Positions 1 to 11,178 of a stretch of DNA of 64,000 nt are shown in pieces. Numbering within the stretch: the stretch's first letter is position 1; every line of letters starts with the position of its first letter. This DNA is from Verrucomicrobiota bacterium (GTDB lineage Bacteria; Auribacterota; JABMQX01; JAFGEW01): contig JAFGEW010000006.1 in the NCBI GenBank assembly GCA_016931415.1, positions 28,310 to 92,309 on the forward strand, read 5' to 3'. Position numbers and translations under genes: made by a program. The notes below the pieces were generated by a model, which saw only the letters and a program-made list of their open reading frames with translations, did not search any database and was not told where the DNA came from.

Positions 1-379
1 GGCCGCGCTCGAGGCCGTCGGGCTGGCCGACCGGATGTTCTTCCGGCCCGGCCAACTTTCAGAGGGCCAGTGCCAGCGCGTGGCCGTTGCACGCGCCATC
101 GTCAATGAGCCCAAGGTGCTGCTCGCCGATGAGCCGACAGGCAACCTCGATCCCAAGACCGCACGCCACATCATGGACCTGCTTATGCGGCTCAACAAGG
201 CGCGCGGCATCACGCTTATCATGGTCACACATGACATGACGTTGCTCGACTACGCCGACCGCGTGGTGACGCTCGATCGTGGCCACGTGCGCGAGAACTC
301 GCCCGAGGAGATTGACGCAATACGCAGGAGCCTTTCCGCCTTGCGGAGCGCAGGCGTGCACAGCGCGGGGGGGCGGTAG
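1..379 (+). CDS. ABC transporter ATP-binding protein, C-terminal part (5' end outside window)
   Basis: Frame continues from position 2 (AALEAVGLADRMFFRPGQ...). ABC signature LSEGQCQRVAVARAI, Walker B LLADEPT, H-loop VTHD. Stops 4 nt before the permease gene. Confidence 0.85.
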   Translation, partial: AALEAVGLADRMFFRPGQLSEGQCQRVAVARAIVNEPKVLLADEPTGNLDPKTARHIMDLLMRLNKARGITLIMVTHDMTLLDYADRVVTLDRGHVRENSPEEIDAIRRSLSALRSAGVHSAGGR

Positions 380-382
380 GCG

Positions 383-2071
383 ATGCGGTACGCGCTGCAG
401 AAGAACCTTACGCTCATGGCGTTGCGCGACTTGTTGAGCAAGAAGGTCCGGCTCGTGCTCAACCTGCTCGGTATCGTAATCGGCGTGAGTGCGCTGCTCT
501 TTCTGCTCTCGCTCACCGAGGGGATCCGCAAGATGATCCTGCGCCAGCTCGTTGGTTCAATCCCGGTGACCGAGATGACGGCGACGCCAGCCGAACGAGA
601 CGTTGCCGTGCCGACGCTCGGTCGGGCGATGAAGCTGTTCGGCATTCCGAAGGCCGAGTCGCTCGTGCTCCGTGAACGCTTGCGGGGCGATATCACCGAC
701 GAGACCGTCGCCGAGGTCGAGGCGTTGCCCGGTGTGCGGCGTGTCTATGGCGTGCGCACGCTGAAACAGGTGCCGACGAGTGTCCAGGGCTGGTTCTTCG
801 GAATCAAGAAGGCCGATTTCCGTCTGGAGACCGTTGTCTTCGGCTACCCGCGCGAGCTGCTCGAGGGGGACGTCGAGGATCTGTCGGACTACACGTTCCG
901 CGCCAAGGGCGTGTACCACAAGCGCCCGTTTCACACCAGGTTCATCAGTGACGTCGAGCGCCCGCTTCTTACGGCGCGCATGCGGCTGGCCGAACAGGAC
1001 CAGACGTATGTGCCGGCGGTCCTGTCGCGCCAATTGGTCAGCAACTACAACCTGGGATTCGCAGCCACCGAGGGGCTCGCGGCGCTCCAGCGAGTGAGCG
1101 AACGAAGCGTCATCGGTCAGCTCATCTACGTGCGCTTTGGGCGTGACGAGATGTTCTACACGGAACAAGACCTTGTCGAACCGCTCGGGACGGTGATCAA
1201 GGTTGTCGGCCTGTCGGATCGCGTGCCGATGCTCGGATTCGCCGTGCCGCCCGAGTACCTCGAGTTGTGGGAGAACGCGTACTTCAAAGCGCCGCAGCCG
1301 TCGGTCTACCAGCAGCTCGTCGTTCAGGCGAAGACGGTGGCCGACGTTGAGCCTTTACGCCAAGCGCTCCTGCCCGTTGGCGCGCGCCTCAAGGCGTTGC
1401 GCGAGGCGCGTAACGTGTCGCTTGAACAGGCCGCGACTGCCGCCGGGCTCAAACCCGCACAGATCGAGGCGATCGAGGCCGGCCCGGTGCGCACGATCAT
1501 GACTGACACGGAGGCCCACAGACTCATTCGTGCCTATGCGAGCGCGCTCAAAGCTGATCCCGACGAGATGGCAGCGGCATATACGCGTGGATTCGATATG
1601 GAGGTTGTCTCGAACAAGGAGACGATCGACAAGATCAACTCGGTCACCACGTTCGTGCGCTTTGCCTTCGTGCTCGTTGTCGCCATCATCCTCGGCATCA
1701 CTGCGGTGGGCATCCTCAACGTGCTCACGATGAGCGTCTACGAAGAGCGGGTCGACATCGGCATCCTGCGCTCGGTGGGCGCGCGCAAGGGCCACGTGCG
1801 GTTTATCTACCTGCTCAAGGCGTTTCTCATCGGTCTGATCGGCAGCCTGGCGGGCTTGGCCCTCGGCTGGCTTAGCATGATGGGGGCCGACGCGCTCGCC
1901 CACGCGGCACTCCGGAGACTGGCCTATGTGCCGCAGACGTTCTTCATCGCCGATTGGCAGTTCGTCGCATTCAGCATGGCGATGGGGATTGGGTTCGCGA
2001 TGCTTGCCGGGATCAGCCCCGCCAACCACGCCGCGCGGCTCAAGCCCTCGGCCGTCCTGCGCAGCGCGTAG
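383..2071 (+). CDS. ABC transporter permease, FtsX/MacB-LolCE family
   Basis: N-terminal TM helix, large extracytoplasmic domain, C-terminal FtsX 3-TM bundle (VTTFVRFAFVLVVAIILGITAVGILNVL...GARKGHVRFIYLLKAFLIGLIGSLAGL). Directly follows the ABC ATPase. Confidence 0.8.
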   Translation: MRYALQKNLTLMALRDLLSKKVRLVLNLLGIVIGVSALLFLLSLTEGIRKMILRQLVGSIPVTEMTATPAERDVAVPTLGRAMKLFGIPKAESLVLRERLRGDITDETVAEVEALPGVRRVYGVRTLKQVPTSVQGWFFGIKKADFRLETVVFGYPRELLEGDVEDLSDYTFRAKGVYHKRPFHTRFISDVERPLLTARMRLAEQDQTYVPAVLSRQLVSNYNLGFAATEGLAALQRVSERSVIGQLIYVRFGRDEMFYTEQDLVEPLGTVIKVVGLSDRVPMLGFAVPPEYLELWENAYFKAPQPSVYQQLVVQAKTVADVEPLRQALLPVGARLKALREARNVSLEQAATAAGLKPAQIEAIEAGPVRTIMTDTEAHRLIRAYASALKADPDEMAAAYTRGFDMEVVSNKETIDKINSVTTFVRFAFVLVVAIILGITAVGILNVLTMSVYEERVDIGILRSVGARKGHVRFIYLLKAFLIGLIGSLAGLALGWLSMMGADALAHAALRRLAYVPQTFFIADWQFVAFSMAMGIGFAMLAGISPANHAARLKPSAVLRSA

Positions 2072-2091
2072 GGGCGCGGCGCAAGGACGGG

Positions 2092-2697
2092 TCACGTCAG
2101 AAGCCGCATTCTCGAATCGATCTCGGCGCAGGCAACGGCGTCGTTTGCCTCTACAAACGCCGCTCTTGCCTGCATGTAGTGGTCCTGGGCGAGCTTCGGA
2201 TTCGCGGACCGGTGGAGATCGCCAAGCAGCCGCCAGGCGCATCCACGCATGGCCGGATTGTCCGTCCTCCTGCTGAGGGCGAGACAGTCTTCCGCCAACG
2301 GCAAGGCCTCTTCGCGGCGACCAAGAAGATTGCGGACAAACCCCCTCTCATATAGGTTCGCCGCTTGGGCCAGGAAGTCACCATCTTGCAGCATGGAGTG
2401 CTCTTGCTCAAACAGGGCCAGGGCCCTCTCATATTCTCCGGCTTCTCGCTCGACCATGCCGAGCTGGTGAAGATCGATGTGACTGCCCGTCTTCTCCAGC
2501 AACTCCTGACAAATCCGGCGGGCTTCGCCAAAACGCTTGAGCGCCACGAGCGCATAGCAGTAGTTTGTCCTCAGTTCGTCGCGTGCCGTCTCCGATGCCG
2601 CGGAGGCGATCAGATCCTCCCATGCTCGCGCAGCTTTCTGGAAGTCCTTCCGGTCGTACGCATCCCACGCAGCTTGTTCGGCAGTCTCGGCGGTCAT
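2092..2697 (-). CDS. TPR-repeat protein
   Basis: Helical-repeat composition with W/Y/A/L/G/E spacing typical of TPR (FQKAARAWEDL..., YERALALFEQ...). Confidence 0.6.
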   Translation of the reverse strand: MTAETAEQAAWDAYDRKDFQKAARAWEDLIASAASETARDELRTNYCYALVALKRFGEARRICQELLEKTGSHIDLHQLGMVEREAGEYERALALFEQEHSMLQDGDFLAQAANLYERGFVRNLLGRREEALPLAEDCLALSRRTDNPAMRGCAWRLLGDLHRSANPKLAQDHYMQARAAFVEANDAVACAEIDSRMRLLT

Positions 2698-2885
2698 TGG
2701 AGTCGCTCACGTCACCTGTGCCGCATCTGTGATGATTTCGGGTGCCGCCCTGAAGAGAACACAGAAACCGGCGCCGTTCAACATCCAGCTCGAAACAGCA
2801 CGCAACTCATCAAGGGTAGGGGACCCAGGCAAGATCACAAGATCAGGATACGGCAATCCCGGTGATCCTGCATCGTGCTCTCTCC

Positions 2886-3443
2886 CTAACTGCGGCCGAG
2901 ATACTCGCCGGTGCGGGTGTCCACCTTGATCCGTTCGCCGCGGTTGACGAACAGGGGTACCTGCACAACAAGGCCGGTCACGGTCTTGGCCGGCTTCGTC
3001 GCGGCGCTTACGGTGTCGCCCTTGATGCCGGGGTCGGTCTCGGCGATCTCGAGCACGACGCTCGTGGGCAAGTCGAACGAGATCGCCTGGCCCTCGTGCA
3101 TGCCGACGTCGATCACCATGCCCTCGGTGACGTAGTAGCGGGCGTCGCCGATGACGTCGGCCTCGATCGCCACGGTCTCGTAGTCGCTCTGGTCCATGAA
3201 GTGGAGGTGGGTGTCATCGGCGTAGAGGAACTGCATCCGGCGCGAGTCGAGGTAGACTTGCTCGAGGTTGTCGCTCGATCGGAAGCGCTGGCGCAAGATG
3301 CGGCCGCTCTTGAGGCTCTTCATCGCCGCCTGCATGTACGCGGGCCCTTTGCCGGGTTTGACGTGCTGGTAGTCGGTGACAACGTAGAGCTCGCCTTCGA
3401 GCTTGAGCACCATGCCGCGCCGGAGCGCCGAGCCATCAACCAT
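2886..3443 (-). CDS. efp: elongation factor P
   Basis: 185 aa; KPGKGPA motif carrying the modified Lys; OB-fold pattern GMVLKLEGELYVV...HVKPGKG...LEIAETDPGIKGDT typical of EF-P. Confidence 0.9.
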   Translation of the reverse strand: MVDGSALRRGMVLKLEGELYVVTDYQHVKPGKGPAYMQAAMKSLKSGRILRQRFRSSDNLEQVYLDSRRMQFLYADDTHLHFMDQSDYETVAIEADVIGDARYYVTEGMVIDVGMHEGQAISFDLPTSVVLEIAETDPGIKGDTVSAATKPAKTVTGLVVQVPLFVNRGERIKVDTRTGEYLGRS

Positions 3444-3707
3444 ATATCGATCTCCTCACTGCAGTTCGTCCGCGAGCGCGCGATCATGCCCGCGACCCCG
3501 CGCGAAGTCAAGCGTTCGTGCAGGTCCAAGAGGGTAAGTGCAGGTCCGACGATGGAGTGGAACCGCAACCCGCGGTGTCCCGAACCGGGCACGTACGCGT
3601 TGATCGCGGCGGGTCAGAGGGGCTGGCGATGCGCTTGCGCCGCAAGAAGATAGGGCAGGACGCGATCCGCGATAGGCCCGGCTGCAGCACGCTGTTACAG
3701 CCGACCT

Positions 3708-5189
3708 CTATTCCGGCTCCAGGTCGGCGGCCAGGACGTGGGCTCGGCCGATACGCTTCCAGCGGCCCCATCGGAAGGCGGCGACGAAGATGAGGCCCTG
3801 CAGGACGTTGGATGCTGCGAGGCCGATCCACACGCCCGTGACCTGCCACGTGAACGACAACCCCCAGGCGAGCGGGATCCGCAGCGCAAGCATCGAGACC
3901 GCCGTAATCAGCATCGGCCAGAACGTGTCGCCCGCCCCGTTCATGGCCCGGCCGAGCACGATAGAGAACGCCATGAAGGCGAACGTGGCCGAGAACCATC
4001 GGAGGAAGCTCGCGCCGGTCGCGACGACTTCGGGGTCGGCGTTGAAGGCGGCGATCAGCGGCCGGGCGAAGACCCAGAAGACAACCGACACGGCGATGGA
4101 GATCGCGCCGTACATACCCATGACCACCCAGCCGGCGTGTTCGGCCCGGTCCGGTTTGCGGGCACCGAGGTTCTGACCGATGAGGGTCGCGGCCGCGTTG
4201 CCGAAGCCGATGCCGGGCATCATGACGATCATGCGCAGCCGTATGCCAATGCCGTAGGCGGCCAGCGCCGCCGTCCCGAACCTGGCCACGATGCCGATCA
4301 GGATGATGGCCGACAGGTTGCGCATGAGCATCTGGCCCGAGCCGAATACGCCAATCCTGAACATCTTCCAGACCGTGCGTCCGTGTGGGCGGAGATCGCC
4401 AAGGCGGAGATGAAAATGCGCATGCCCGCGGACGAAGAACACGCGCGCCAGCAATACGGCCGCCAGCGCCCGGGCCGCCAGCGTTGCCCACGCCGATCCC
4501 GCAACGCCCAACGCCGGCACGCCGAGCCAGCCAAAGATCAGGATGGGATCGAGCCCGATGTTGATCAGGTTGCAGAAGCCCATGATCTTGAGAGGGGTGA
4601 TGGCGTCGCCCGCGCCACGAAGCGCGGCTACGAAGGTGACCGCCAGCAGCATGGTGAACGCCCCGCCCAGGCTCACTTGGAGGTAGGCGGCCCCTTTGAC
4701 AATCACGTCCGGCTCGGCGCCGAAGGCCATCAGCAATGGCCGGGCGAGCAGTGCGGCGCTGCCGGCGAGTGCCGAGATGACGAGCGCCATCACGAGGCTC
4801 TGACCAACCACCGTTTCGGCCCGGCGGCGATTACCGCTCCCGATCGCCTGCGCCACCAGCGCCGTGCAGCCCGTGGTGATGCCGACGCCGAGCATGTAGA
4901 GCACGCCCATGATTGTGCCCGCCACCGCGACGCCCGCGATGGCGGCCGGGCCGAGCTTGCCGACGAAGAACATGTCGGCGATTGTGAACAGATTGTCGAG
5001 CAGCGCGGCGGCCATCATCGGCAGCGACAGCCGCCACGCCGACGTGAAGAGGTGGCCGCCCGTGATCCAGGCCTTGCTGCCGTTCGGCTCGACAGCCGCC
5101 TTGATCTGCGCGAGCGGGACGCTTTCTTCTGTCGGCGAGGGGTAGTCAGACACGATCAGTTTGGCCGAAGGGCTCCTTCTCGACTGCAC
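3708..5189 (-). CDS. MATE family efflux transporter
   Basis: 493 aa polytopic membrane protein with the 12-TM MATE pattern (AAALLDNLFTIADMFFVGKLG...). 15 bp downstream of the OMF gene on the same strand. Confidence 0.8.
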   Translation of the reverse strand: MQSRRSPSAKLIVSDYPSPTEESVPLAQIKAAVEPNGSKAWITGGHLFTSAWRLSLPMMAAALLDNLFTIADMFFVGKLGPAAIAGVAVAGTIMGVLYMLGVGITTGCTALVAQAIGSGNRRRAETVVGQSLVMALVISALAGSAALLARPLLMAFGAEPDVIVKGAAYLQVSLGGAFTMLLAVTFVAALRGAGDAITPLKIMGFCNLINIGLDPILIFGWLGVPALGVAGSAWATLAARALAAVLLARVFFVRGHAHFHLRLGDLRPHGRTVWKMFRIGVFGSGQMLMRNLSAIILIGIVARFGTAALAAYGIGIRLRMIVMMPGIGFGNAAATLIGQNLGARKPDRAEHAGWVVMGMYGAISIAVSVVFWVFARPLIAAFNADPEVVATGASFLRWFSATFAFMAFSIVLGRAMNGAGDTFWPMLITAVSMLALRIPLAWGLSFTWQVTGVWIGLAASNVLQGLIFVAAFRWGRWKRIGRAHVLAADLEPE

Positions 5190-5204
5190 GGGCGGGACTT
5201 GGGG

Positions 5205-6800
5205 CTATTGGCTGCGATCGGGCTGCACGGGCTGGCGTCCCGGTGCGGACACGCCGCGCCGTTCGAGCAACGATCCTTCCTTGAGGAACAGATCCGTGCG
5301 AGCCTTCAGGTAGTTGGTCGTGGCGGCCACCTCGGAGACCTGGCTCACTACGAGGTCGCGCTGGGCCTGGGCCACCAACAGCGCGGTGGACCTGCCGACA
5401 CGGAACTTGGCCATCTCGGCGCGCAGCTTCTCCTCCTGGAACTTGCGCGTGGTGGCCGTGGCGTCCACCTGCTGCCGGGCGCGTGAAACCTCGATGTAGG
5501 CCAGCTCGACGTCCTGGCGCACGAGGTCCTCGGTGTTGCGCAGCGACTCGTCGAGCTGCTGCTGTGTCAGCACGGCGCTGCGGTGGCGGGCCCTCTCCGC
5601 GCGGTTGCCGAGCGCGTAGTCGAAGGACAGGCCGACGGAGAGGTCGTCGCCCTCGCCGAGATCGCTGACCGAGCGGCCGAACGAGTCGGCATAGCCGGTC
5701 TTGCCGAGGCTGACGAACAGGTCCATGCGCGGCAGAAGGCCGTTCTTCGTCTTGACGAGGTTCAGGGTGCCTCGCTGGACGAGCAGCCGCGCCTGGTTCA
5801 GGTCGGGCCGCATCTGGAGGCCGACGGCGATGTGCTCCTCGAGCGGTTCCAGGGATTCGGCGGAGACCGTCGGCTCGCTCTGCGGCGTCACCTGGCGGCC
5901 CGCGCTCGGTGGCGCGCTCGGGCGGATGAGGCGCGCGAGCCGGGCCGCGAGCGTATCGACTGTGCTGCGGGCGTTGATCAAAGCCTCGCGTCGCAGGGCA
6001 ACCTCAGCTTCCGCGGCCGCGAGTTCCGTCTCAGCGAGATCGCCCACACGGATTCGCTGCCTGGTCTCGTCGAACTGCTGCTGGGCAAGGTTGAGCGACT
6101 CGTTGAGGATCTCGACCTGGCGCCGTGCCAGCACGTAGTCCCAGTAGGTCTCCTCCACTTCGGCGACAAGCGCTTCGGCGAAGCCGCGTAGCTCGTACTC
6201 GGAGAACTGTGTGTCGAGCCGGGCCTGGCGCAGGTCGGCCAGATTGACCGCGACACCGCGGCCTTTGAGCAGCGCCTGGGTGACCGTCAGCGCAGCGTGC
6301 GTTGTCTGGTCCCCGGCGGCCGCAGCGGCCGACGGGGTCGGGCCGGTGGTCAGGCCGAGTTCGATCATCGTGCCCGTCGGCAGAAGCTCGCGCACGCCCG
6401 CCGCGCCGCTCGTGGAGCTGCCGCCACCTGCCGCGCCGGTGCGGTCGTCGGTGTCTGTCTCGTTCACTGAGGCATCGGCCGAGAAGACGGGGTCGAACGC
6501 GGCGCGTTCCTGCTGCTCGAAGGTGCGCTCGATGTCCGGGTTGAGGCGCTGGACGCTCAGGGCACGGTTGTTCTCCAGGGCCATCAATACGGCGTCCTCG
6601 ATCGTGATCGTCATCGGCCAAGCCGGCGGCGAGGTCTCGGGCGACGGCGCCTGCCGGCCGGAGAACGACGGCGCGCCCGCAACGGTTGAGCTGGACGAGG
6701 CCTGCGGCGGATCGGTCTGATGCCTCGCGCACGACGCCAGCAACAGCGCCAGCGCAACCGCCGCCCCCCATGCCGTCCACGACCCAGTGACGATTCTCAC
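5205..6800 (-). CDS. TolC-like outer membrane efflux protein (OMF)
   Basis: Lipoprotein-type signal (LLLASCA), duplicated alpha-helical coiled-coil/beta-barrel repeat pattern of OMF proteins. 4-bp overlap with the RND gene. Confidence 0.8.
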   Translation of the reverse strand: MRIVTGSWTAWGAAVALALLLASCARHQTDPPQASSSSTVAGAPSFSGRQAPSPETSPPAWPMTITIEDAVLMALENNRALSVQRLNPDIERTFEQQERAAFDPVFSADASVNETDTDDRTGAAGGGSSTSGAAGVRELLPTGTMIELGLTTGPTPSAAAAAGDQTTHAALTVTQALLKGRGVAVNLADLRQARLDTQFSEYELRGFAEALVAEVEETYWDYVLARRQVEILNESLNLAQQQFDETRQRIRVGDLAETELAAAEAEVALRREALINARSTVDTLAARLARLIRPSAPPSAGRQVTPQSEPTVSAESLEPLEEHIAVGLQMRPDLNQARLLVQRGTLNLVKTKNGLLPRMDLFVSLGKTGYADSFGRSVSDLGEGDDLSVGLSFDYALGNRAERARHRSAVLTQQQLDESLRNTEDLVRQDVELAYIEVSRARQQVDATATTRKFQEEKLRAEMAKFRVGRSTALLVAQAQRDLVVSQVSEVAATTNYLKARTDLFLKEGSLLERRGVSAPGRQPVQPDRSQ

Positions 6801-9800
6801 GATACTGCCTCCTCACCGCCGGGGCCAGAGACAGCGGCGGTTCCCGGGTTGGTCGTCTCCTCGCCGAGCACGTGCCCGCCGCGCAGGCCGCGCTCGAAGA
6901 TCGAGTAGACCACGGGGACGATGACCAGCGTGATGAGCGTCGAGCTGAGCAGCCCGCCGATCACGGCGCGCGCCAGAGGCGCCTGGGCCTCACCGCCCTC
7001 GCCGAGGCCAAGGGCCAGCGGCAGCAGGCCAAACGAAGTTGTGAACGCCGTCATGAGGATCGGCCGCAGCCGGCGGCGTCCTGCTTCCTCGATGGCTTCG
7101 CGCAAGCCCATGCCCTCCTTCCGGCGCAGCAGGTTGGTGTGGTCCACGAGCAGGATGGCGTTGTTGACAACGATACCGGTCAGCATGATGCAGCCGATGT
7201 AGGAGTTCATGTTGAACGTCGTGTTGGTCAGCAGCAGCATGAGCACCACGCCGATGATGGCCAGCGGCACGGAGAACATCACGACGAACGGGTCGCGCAG
7301 CGATTCGAACAGGCAGGCCATCACGATGTAGACGAGCACGATGGCCAGGACCAGTCCGAGCCCGAGTTCGCGGAACGTCTTCTGCTGTTCCTTGTAGTCG
7401 CCGCCGAAGCCGATGCTGAAGCCCTGCGGCGCCGGCAGCGAGGCAAGGCCCTCGCGGATGTCGGCGATGATGGACCCCATGTCGCGTCCCTCGATGTTGG
7501 CGCGCACGGTGACGAGCCGTTCCTGGTCCTTGCGCTCGATACTCACCGGGCCCGAGCGCGGCCCGACCGAGACGATGTTGCGCAGCACGACGGGCTGGCC
7601 GTCGGCGTTGGCCACCGTCAGGTCGAGCAGTTCGCGTAGCGAACGCTGCTCGGCGTGCTTGAGTTTGACTCGGATGGAGAACTCGTCGCCGCCCTCGCGG
7701 TAGTTGCCCGCCAGCGTCCCGGCGATCACCGTCTGCAGCACTTGGGCGACGTCTTCAACGGAGACCTTCATGTCCTCGGCCTTGGCGCGGTCCACGGTGA
7801 TGAGCCGCTCCGGCGCGCCGATATCGCGACTGATCTGAGCGTCGGTGACGCCGCGTACTTGCTCGACGATCTGCCGGACGCGGCGGGCGAGCGCGTCGGC
7901 GGTCTCCAGATCGAAACCGCGTATCTCTACCTCGACGCGTTCGGTGCCGCCGCTGATCTGGCGAAGCAGGAAGAGCCCCTGGCCGACGCGCGTTCGGATG
8001 GTCGCCCCCGGGATGCCGGCCAGCTTCGGGCGCAGCGCGGTGGCGATCTGCTCGCTCGACCGCGTGCGTTCGGACTGCGGTTTGAGCGCGATCCGCATGA
8101 AGCCTGTGCGCGAGCCTTGGCCCCGCCACGATCCCCCGCCCACGTTGATGACGAAGCTCTCGCGCTCGGGCACCTCCTTCTCCACGACGGCCTGAATCTT
8201 CTGAAAGAGACGGTCCACGACGGCGGCCCGGGTGCCGACCTCCATCTCGGCTTCGACGCGCACTTCGCCCTCGTCGCTCTGCGGCATCAACTCGACGCCG
8301 ACGAAGGGAATCAGCGCCACGCTGGCGCCCAAGAGCAGCGCGGCGACGAGCAGCACAAGCGCCCGGTGGTCCAGTGCGTAGTGAAGCAGCCGCTTGTATC
8401 TTTCCTCGATGCGCGTGAACAACGTGCCGCTGATGCGGAACAGCTTGTGCGCCAGGCCTTCGTGGGCGAACCGGTCCAGGCTGGCCGGGCGGAGGAACCG
8501 CGACGCGAGCATCGGGATGAGCGTCAGCGCCGCGCCCAGCGAGCAGAGCAGGGCGAAACTGATGACGAGCGCCAGTTGTTTGAACATGACCCCGGCCAAG
8601 CCGCGCACGAGGATCAGTGGCAGAAAGATGGCCAGCGTCGTCAGCGTGCTCGCGATGATGGCGCCCGTCACTTCCTCGGCGCCGTGCACGGCCGCCGGCT
8701 CGGCGCCGACATGGCCTTCGCGGAGGCGGTAGATGTTCTCGAGCACTACGATCGAGCTGTCCACCAGCATGCCGACGCCCAGCGCCAGTCCGCCCAGCGT
8801 CATCAGGTTCAGCGTGAAGCCGCCAAAGTAGATCATCGCGAATGTGGCGACGATCGACACCGGGATCGCCACCGCAATGATCACCGTGCTGCGCAGATTG
8901 CGCAGAAATGCCAGCAGCACAAGCACGGCGAACAGACCGCCGAACGTGGCGGCCGAGCCGACGTTGGTGATCGAGCGCTTGATGTACTTCGAGGTGTCGA
9001 TGATGGGCATCAGGCGAATCTGGGGGATCTCGGCGTTGATCTTGTCCACTTCCTGCAGCAGACGCCGCGCGACGTCTACCGTGTTGGTGCCCGACTGCTT
9101 ATTGACCGAGAGCCGAATGCCTGGCTCGCCGTTGATGCGCACGATCTGCGTGACCCGCTCCCAACTGTCCACCACGTCGGCCACTTCGCCCAGGCGAACG
9201 GCCGTGCCCTTGCGCGTGGCGATCGTGGTGTTACGCAACTGGTCGAGGTCGGTGTATTCGCCGGGCGTGCGCAGCGTGATCTCGTAGTTGCCCGATTCGA
9301 TCATACCGGCCGGAAGCGTGATGTTCGCCGCCTTGATGCGGCCCACTACTTGGTCGAGTGGAATCTCGAGCGCCTTGAGCCTATCCGGATCGAGGTCCAC
9401 GTGGATCTCTCGTTCGAGCCCGCCCCACACGTCAAGCACCGCCACGCCCGGCGTGCGCTCGATACGGTACTTGACCTCGTCGTCGATGATGCGCCGCATC
9501 TGCACGGGGTCAAGGTTGCTCGAGGCGCCGAGGATCACAACCGGGAAGTCTGCCGGGTCGAACTTGCGCAGGGCGGGCCGGTCGGCATCATCGGGCAGAC
9601 GGCCGATGACCCGGTCAAGGCGGTCGCGGATGTCGCTGGCGGCCACGTCGAGGTCCGTGCCCCACAAGAAGGTGACTCGGACGTTGCTGTGGCCCTCGCT
9701 GGAGACGGACGAGATCTCCTCGACGCCGGGCACGGCGGCCATCGCCTGCTCGATCGGGCGGGTGATCAGCTCCTCGATCTCCTCGGGGCTGGCGTTCTCG

Positions 9801-9952
9801 TACGAGGTTGAGACGCTCAGGGTCGGATACGTGATGTCGGGCATGAGGTCCACGGGCAGGCGGCTCAGGGACACGCCGCCGAGAATGATGACGGTCAGCA
9901 CCACCATGACGGTGAAGACCGGTCGGTGCACCGCGAAACGCGCGACCTTCAT
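6797..9952 (-). CDS. RND efflux pump, AcrB/CzcA family
   Basis: 1051 aa, 12 TM with two large periplasmic loops; conserved N-terminus [43 protein letters not shown]. Confidence 0.95.
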   Translation of the reverse strand: MKVARFAVHRPVFTVMVVLTVIILGGVSLSRLPVDLMPDITYPTLSVSTSYENASPEEIEELITRPIEQAMAAVPGVEEISSVSSEGHSNVRVTFLWGTDLDVAASDIRDRLDRVIGRLPDDADRPALRKFDPADFPVVILGASSNLDPVQMRRIIDDEVKYRIERTPGVAVLDVWGGLEREIHVDLDPDRLKALEIPLDQVVGRIKAANITLPAGMIESGNYEITLRTPGEYTDLDQLRNTTIATRKGTAVRLGEVADVVDSWERVTQIVRINGEPGIRLSVNKQSGTNTVDVARRLLQEVDKINAEIPQIRLMPIIDTSKYIKRSITNVGSAATFGGLFAVLVLLAFLRNLRSTVIIAVAIPVSIVATFAMIYFGGFTLNLMTLGGLALGVGMLVDSSIVVLENIYRLREGHVGAEPAAVHGAEEVTGAIIASTLTTLAIFLPLILVRGLAGVMFKQLALVISFALLCSLGAALTLIPMLASRFLRPASLDRFAHEGLAHKLFRISGTLFTRIEERYKRLLHYALDHRALVLLVAALLLGASVALIPFVGVELMPQSDEGEVRVEAEMEVGTRAAVVDRLFQKIQAVVEKEVPERESFVINVGGGSWRGQGSRTGFMRIALKPQSERTRSSEQIATALRPKLAGIPGATIRTRVGQGLFLLRQISGGTERVEVEIRGFDLETADALARRVRQIVEQVRGVTDAQISRDIGAPERLITVDRAKAEDMKVSVEDVAQVLQTVIAGTLAGNYREGGDEFSIRVKLKHAEQRSLRELLDLTVANADGQPVVLRNIVSVGPRSGPVSIERKDQERLVTVRANIEGRDMGSIIADIREGLASLPAPQGFSIGFGGDYKEQQKTFRELGLGLVLAIVLVYIVMACLFESLRDPFVVMFSVPLAIIGVVLMLLLTNTTFNMNSYIGCIMLTGIVVNNAILLVDHTNLLRRKEGMGLREAIEEAGRRRLRPILMTAFTTSFGLLPLALGLGEGGEAQAPLARAVIGGLLSSTLITLVIVPVVYSIFERGLRGGHVLGEETTNPGTAAVSGPGGEEAVS

Positions 9953-11178
9953 GGGCGACTCCCCGGATCGGCTCGCCTTGCGGCGCCGGCTTCGCTTCCG
10001 GTCATTGGCGCGCGCTGGGGCAGGGCGACGCCCGCGCCGTCCTCGATCAAGTGCTGCCCGAGCGTCACAACCAGGCCGTCGAGCTGCGGCTCGAGGATCT
10101 CGATTAGGTTGCCCTCGATGATGCCGGTTGTGACGGGCACGAAGCGCGCCTTCATCTGCTCGGTGTCCACGACGAAGACGCCCTGTTTATCGTCGCGCCG
10201 GACGAGGCACGTCGCAGGGACGACAATGGCGTTGTCGTGTTCGGCGAACTGGATTCGGACCCGGGCAAACATGCCCGGCGCGAGCAGCCGCTCGGGATTC
10301 GGGATCTCGATCTCGACGCGGGCCTGTCGCGATTCCGTCTTGAGCACCGGGGCGCGGCGCACGATCTCGCCCGTGAACTCCTTGTTCGGATAGGCATCGG
10401 TGATGATGGAGATGACTCTGCCCGAGCTGATCTGCGGGAAGTCGCGCTCGATCACGTAGAGGACGGCGATCACCGAGCTGACGTCAACGATGGAGACAAT
10501 CGGGTCGTTGGCCTTGAGCATCGCGCCCTCGTCCACGAACCGCTCGGCGACTACGCGCGGCGTGTCGCCGTCGTCCCACGAGACCTCGATCTGCGTGTAG
10601 GCCAGTCGCGCGTTGGCGGCCCTGAGCTCGGCCTCCCTTTGCTTGATCTGTGCCTCCGCCACCTGCTGTTTGGCTTGGGCGGTCCGGTAGCGCGCCTCGG
10701 CCTGGTCGAGCTCAGCCTCGGAAGCTACTTTCTGCTCACGTAGCTCTTTAACGCGTTTGAAGTCGCGGTCGGCTGCGTCGAGTTCGCTGGCGGCATCAAC
10801 CAAGTTCGCCCTGCTGACGTCGAGCTGGGCCGTCGCCTGCGCCACTTGTTGGGCGTACTCCTCGCTGTCGAGCGAGGCGATCTGAGAGTTGTCCTTCACC
10901 AGGTCGCCGATGTTGACCAGCAGCTTCTCGAGCCGGCCCGGGATCTTGGGGGCGACGATGAACTGCGACTTCGGGAGCAGGCTGCCCGTGAACTCCGCGA
11001 TGTCACGGATTGTCTGTTGACGGACGGGTGTGGCCTCGATCGGCACCGCGCGCTGGCCGCGCCCGCGGTCGGAGTCCTCGTCCGCGGTTACCTTGGAGTA
11101 GATACGCCAGCCGATCAGCCCGAGAACGGCTAGAACGATAACGGCCGTGATCGCTCTCTTCATGCGTACGCCTTTCAC
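9949..11178 (-). CDS. RND efflux periplasmic adaptor (MFP/HlyD family)
   Basis: N-terminal membrane anchor, coiled-coil hairpin (AEAQIKQREAELRAANARLAYTQIEV), beta-barrel and MP domains. 4-bp overlaps with the RND and TetR genes. Confidence 0.9.
   Translation of the reverse strand: MKGVRMKRAITAVIVLAVLGLIGWRIYSKVTADEDSDRGRGQRAVPIEATPVRQQTIRDIAEFTGSLLPKSQFIVAPKIPGRLEKLLVNIGDLVKDNSQIASLDSEEYAQQVAQATAQLDVSRANLVDAASELDAADRDFKRVKELREQKVASEAELDQAEARYRTAQAKQQVAEAQIKQREAELRAANARLAYTQIEVSWDDGDTPRVVAERFVDEGAMLKANDPIVSIVDVSSVIAVLYVIERDFPQISSGRVISIITDAYPNKEFTGEIVRRAPVLKTESRQARVEIEIPNPERLLAPGMFARVRIQFAEHDNAIVVPATCLVRRDDKQGVFVVDTEQMKARFVPVTTGIIEGNLIEILEPQLDGLVVTLGQHLIEDGAGVALPQRAPMTGSEAGAARRADPGSRP

Noticed and set aside
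3738-5486. 582-aa plus-strand ORF, and 3508-4491 minus ORF
   Set aside because: Arg/Gly/Asp-rich, out-of-frame or antisense overlaps of the MATE gene. Typical shadow ORFs of high-GC DNA.
7655-9811. 718-aa plus-strand ORF antisense to the RND pump
   Set aside because: Low-complexity Arg/Asp/Gly composition, fully inside the well-supported acrB-like gene on the other strand.
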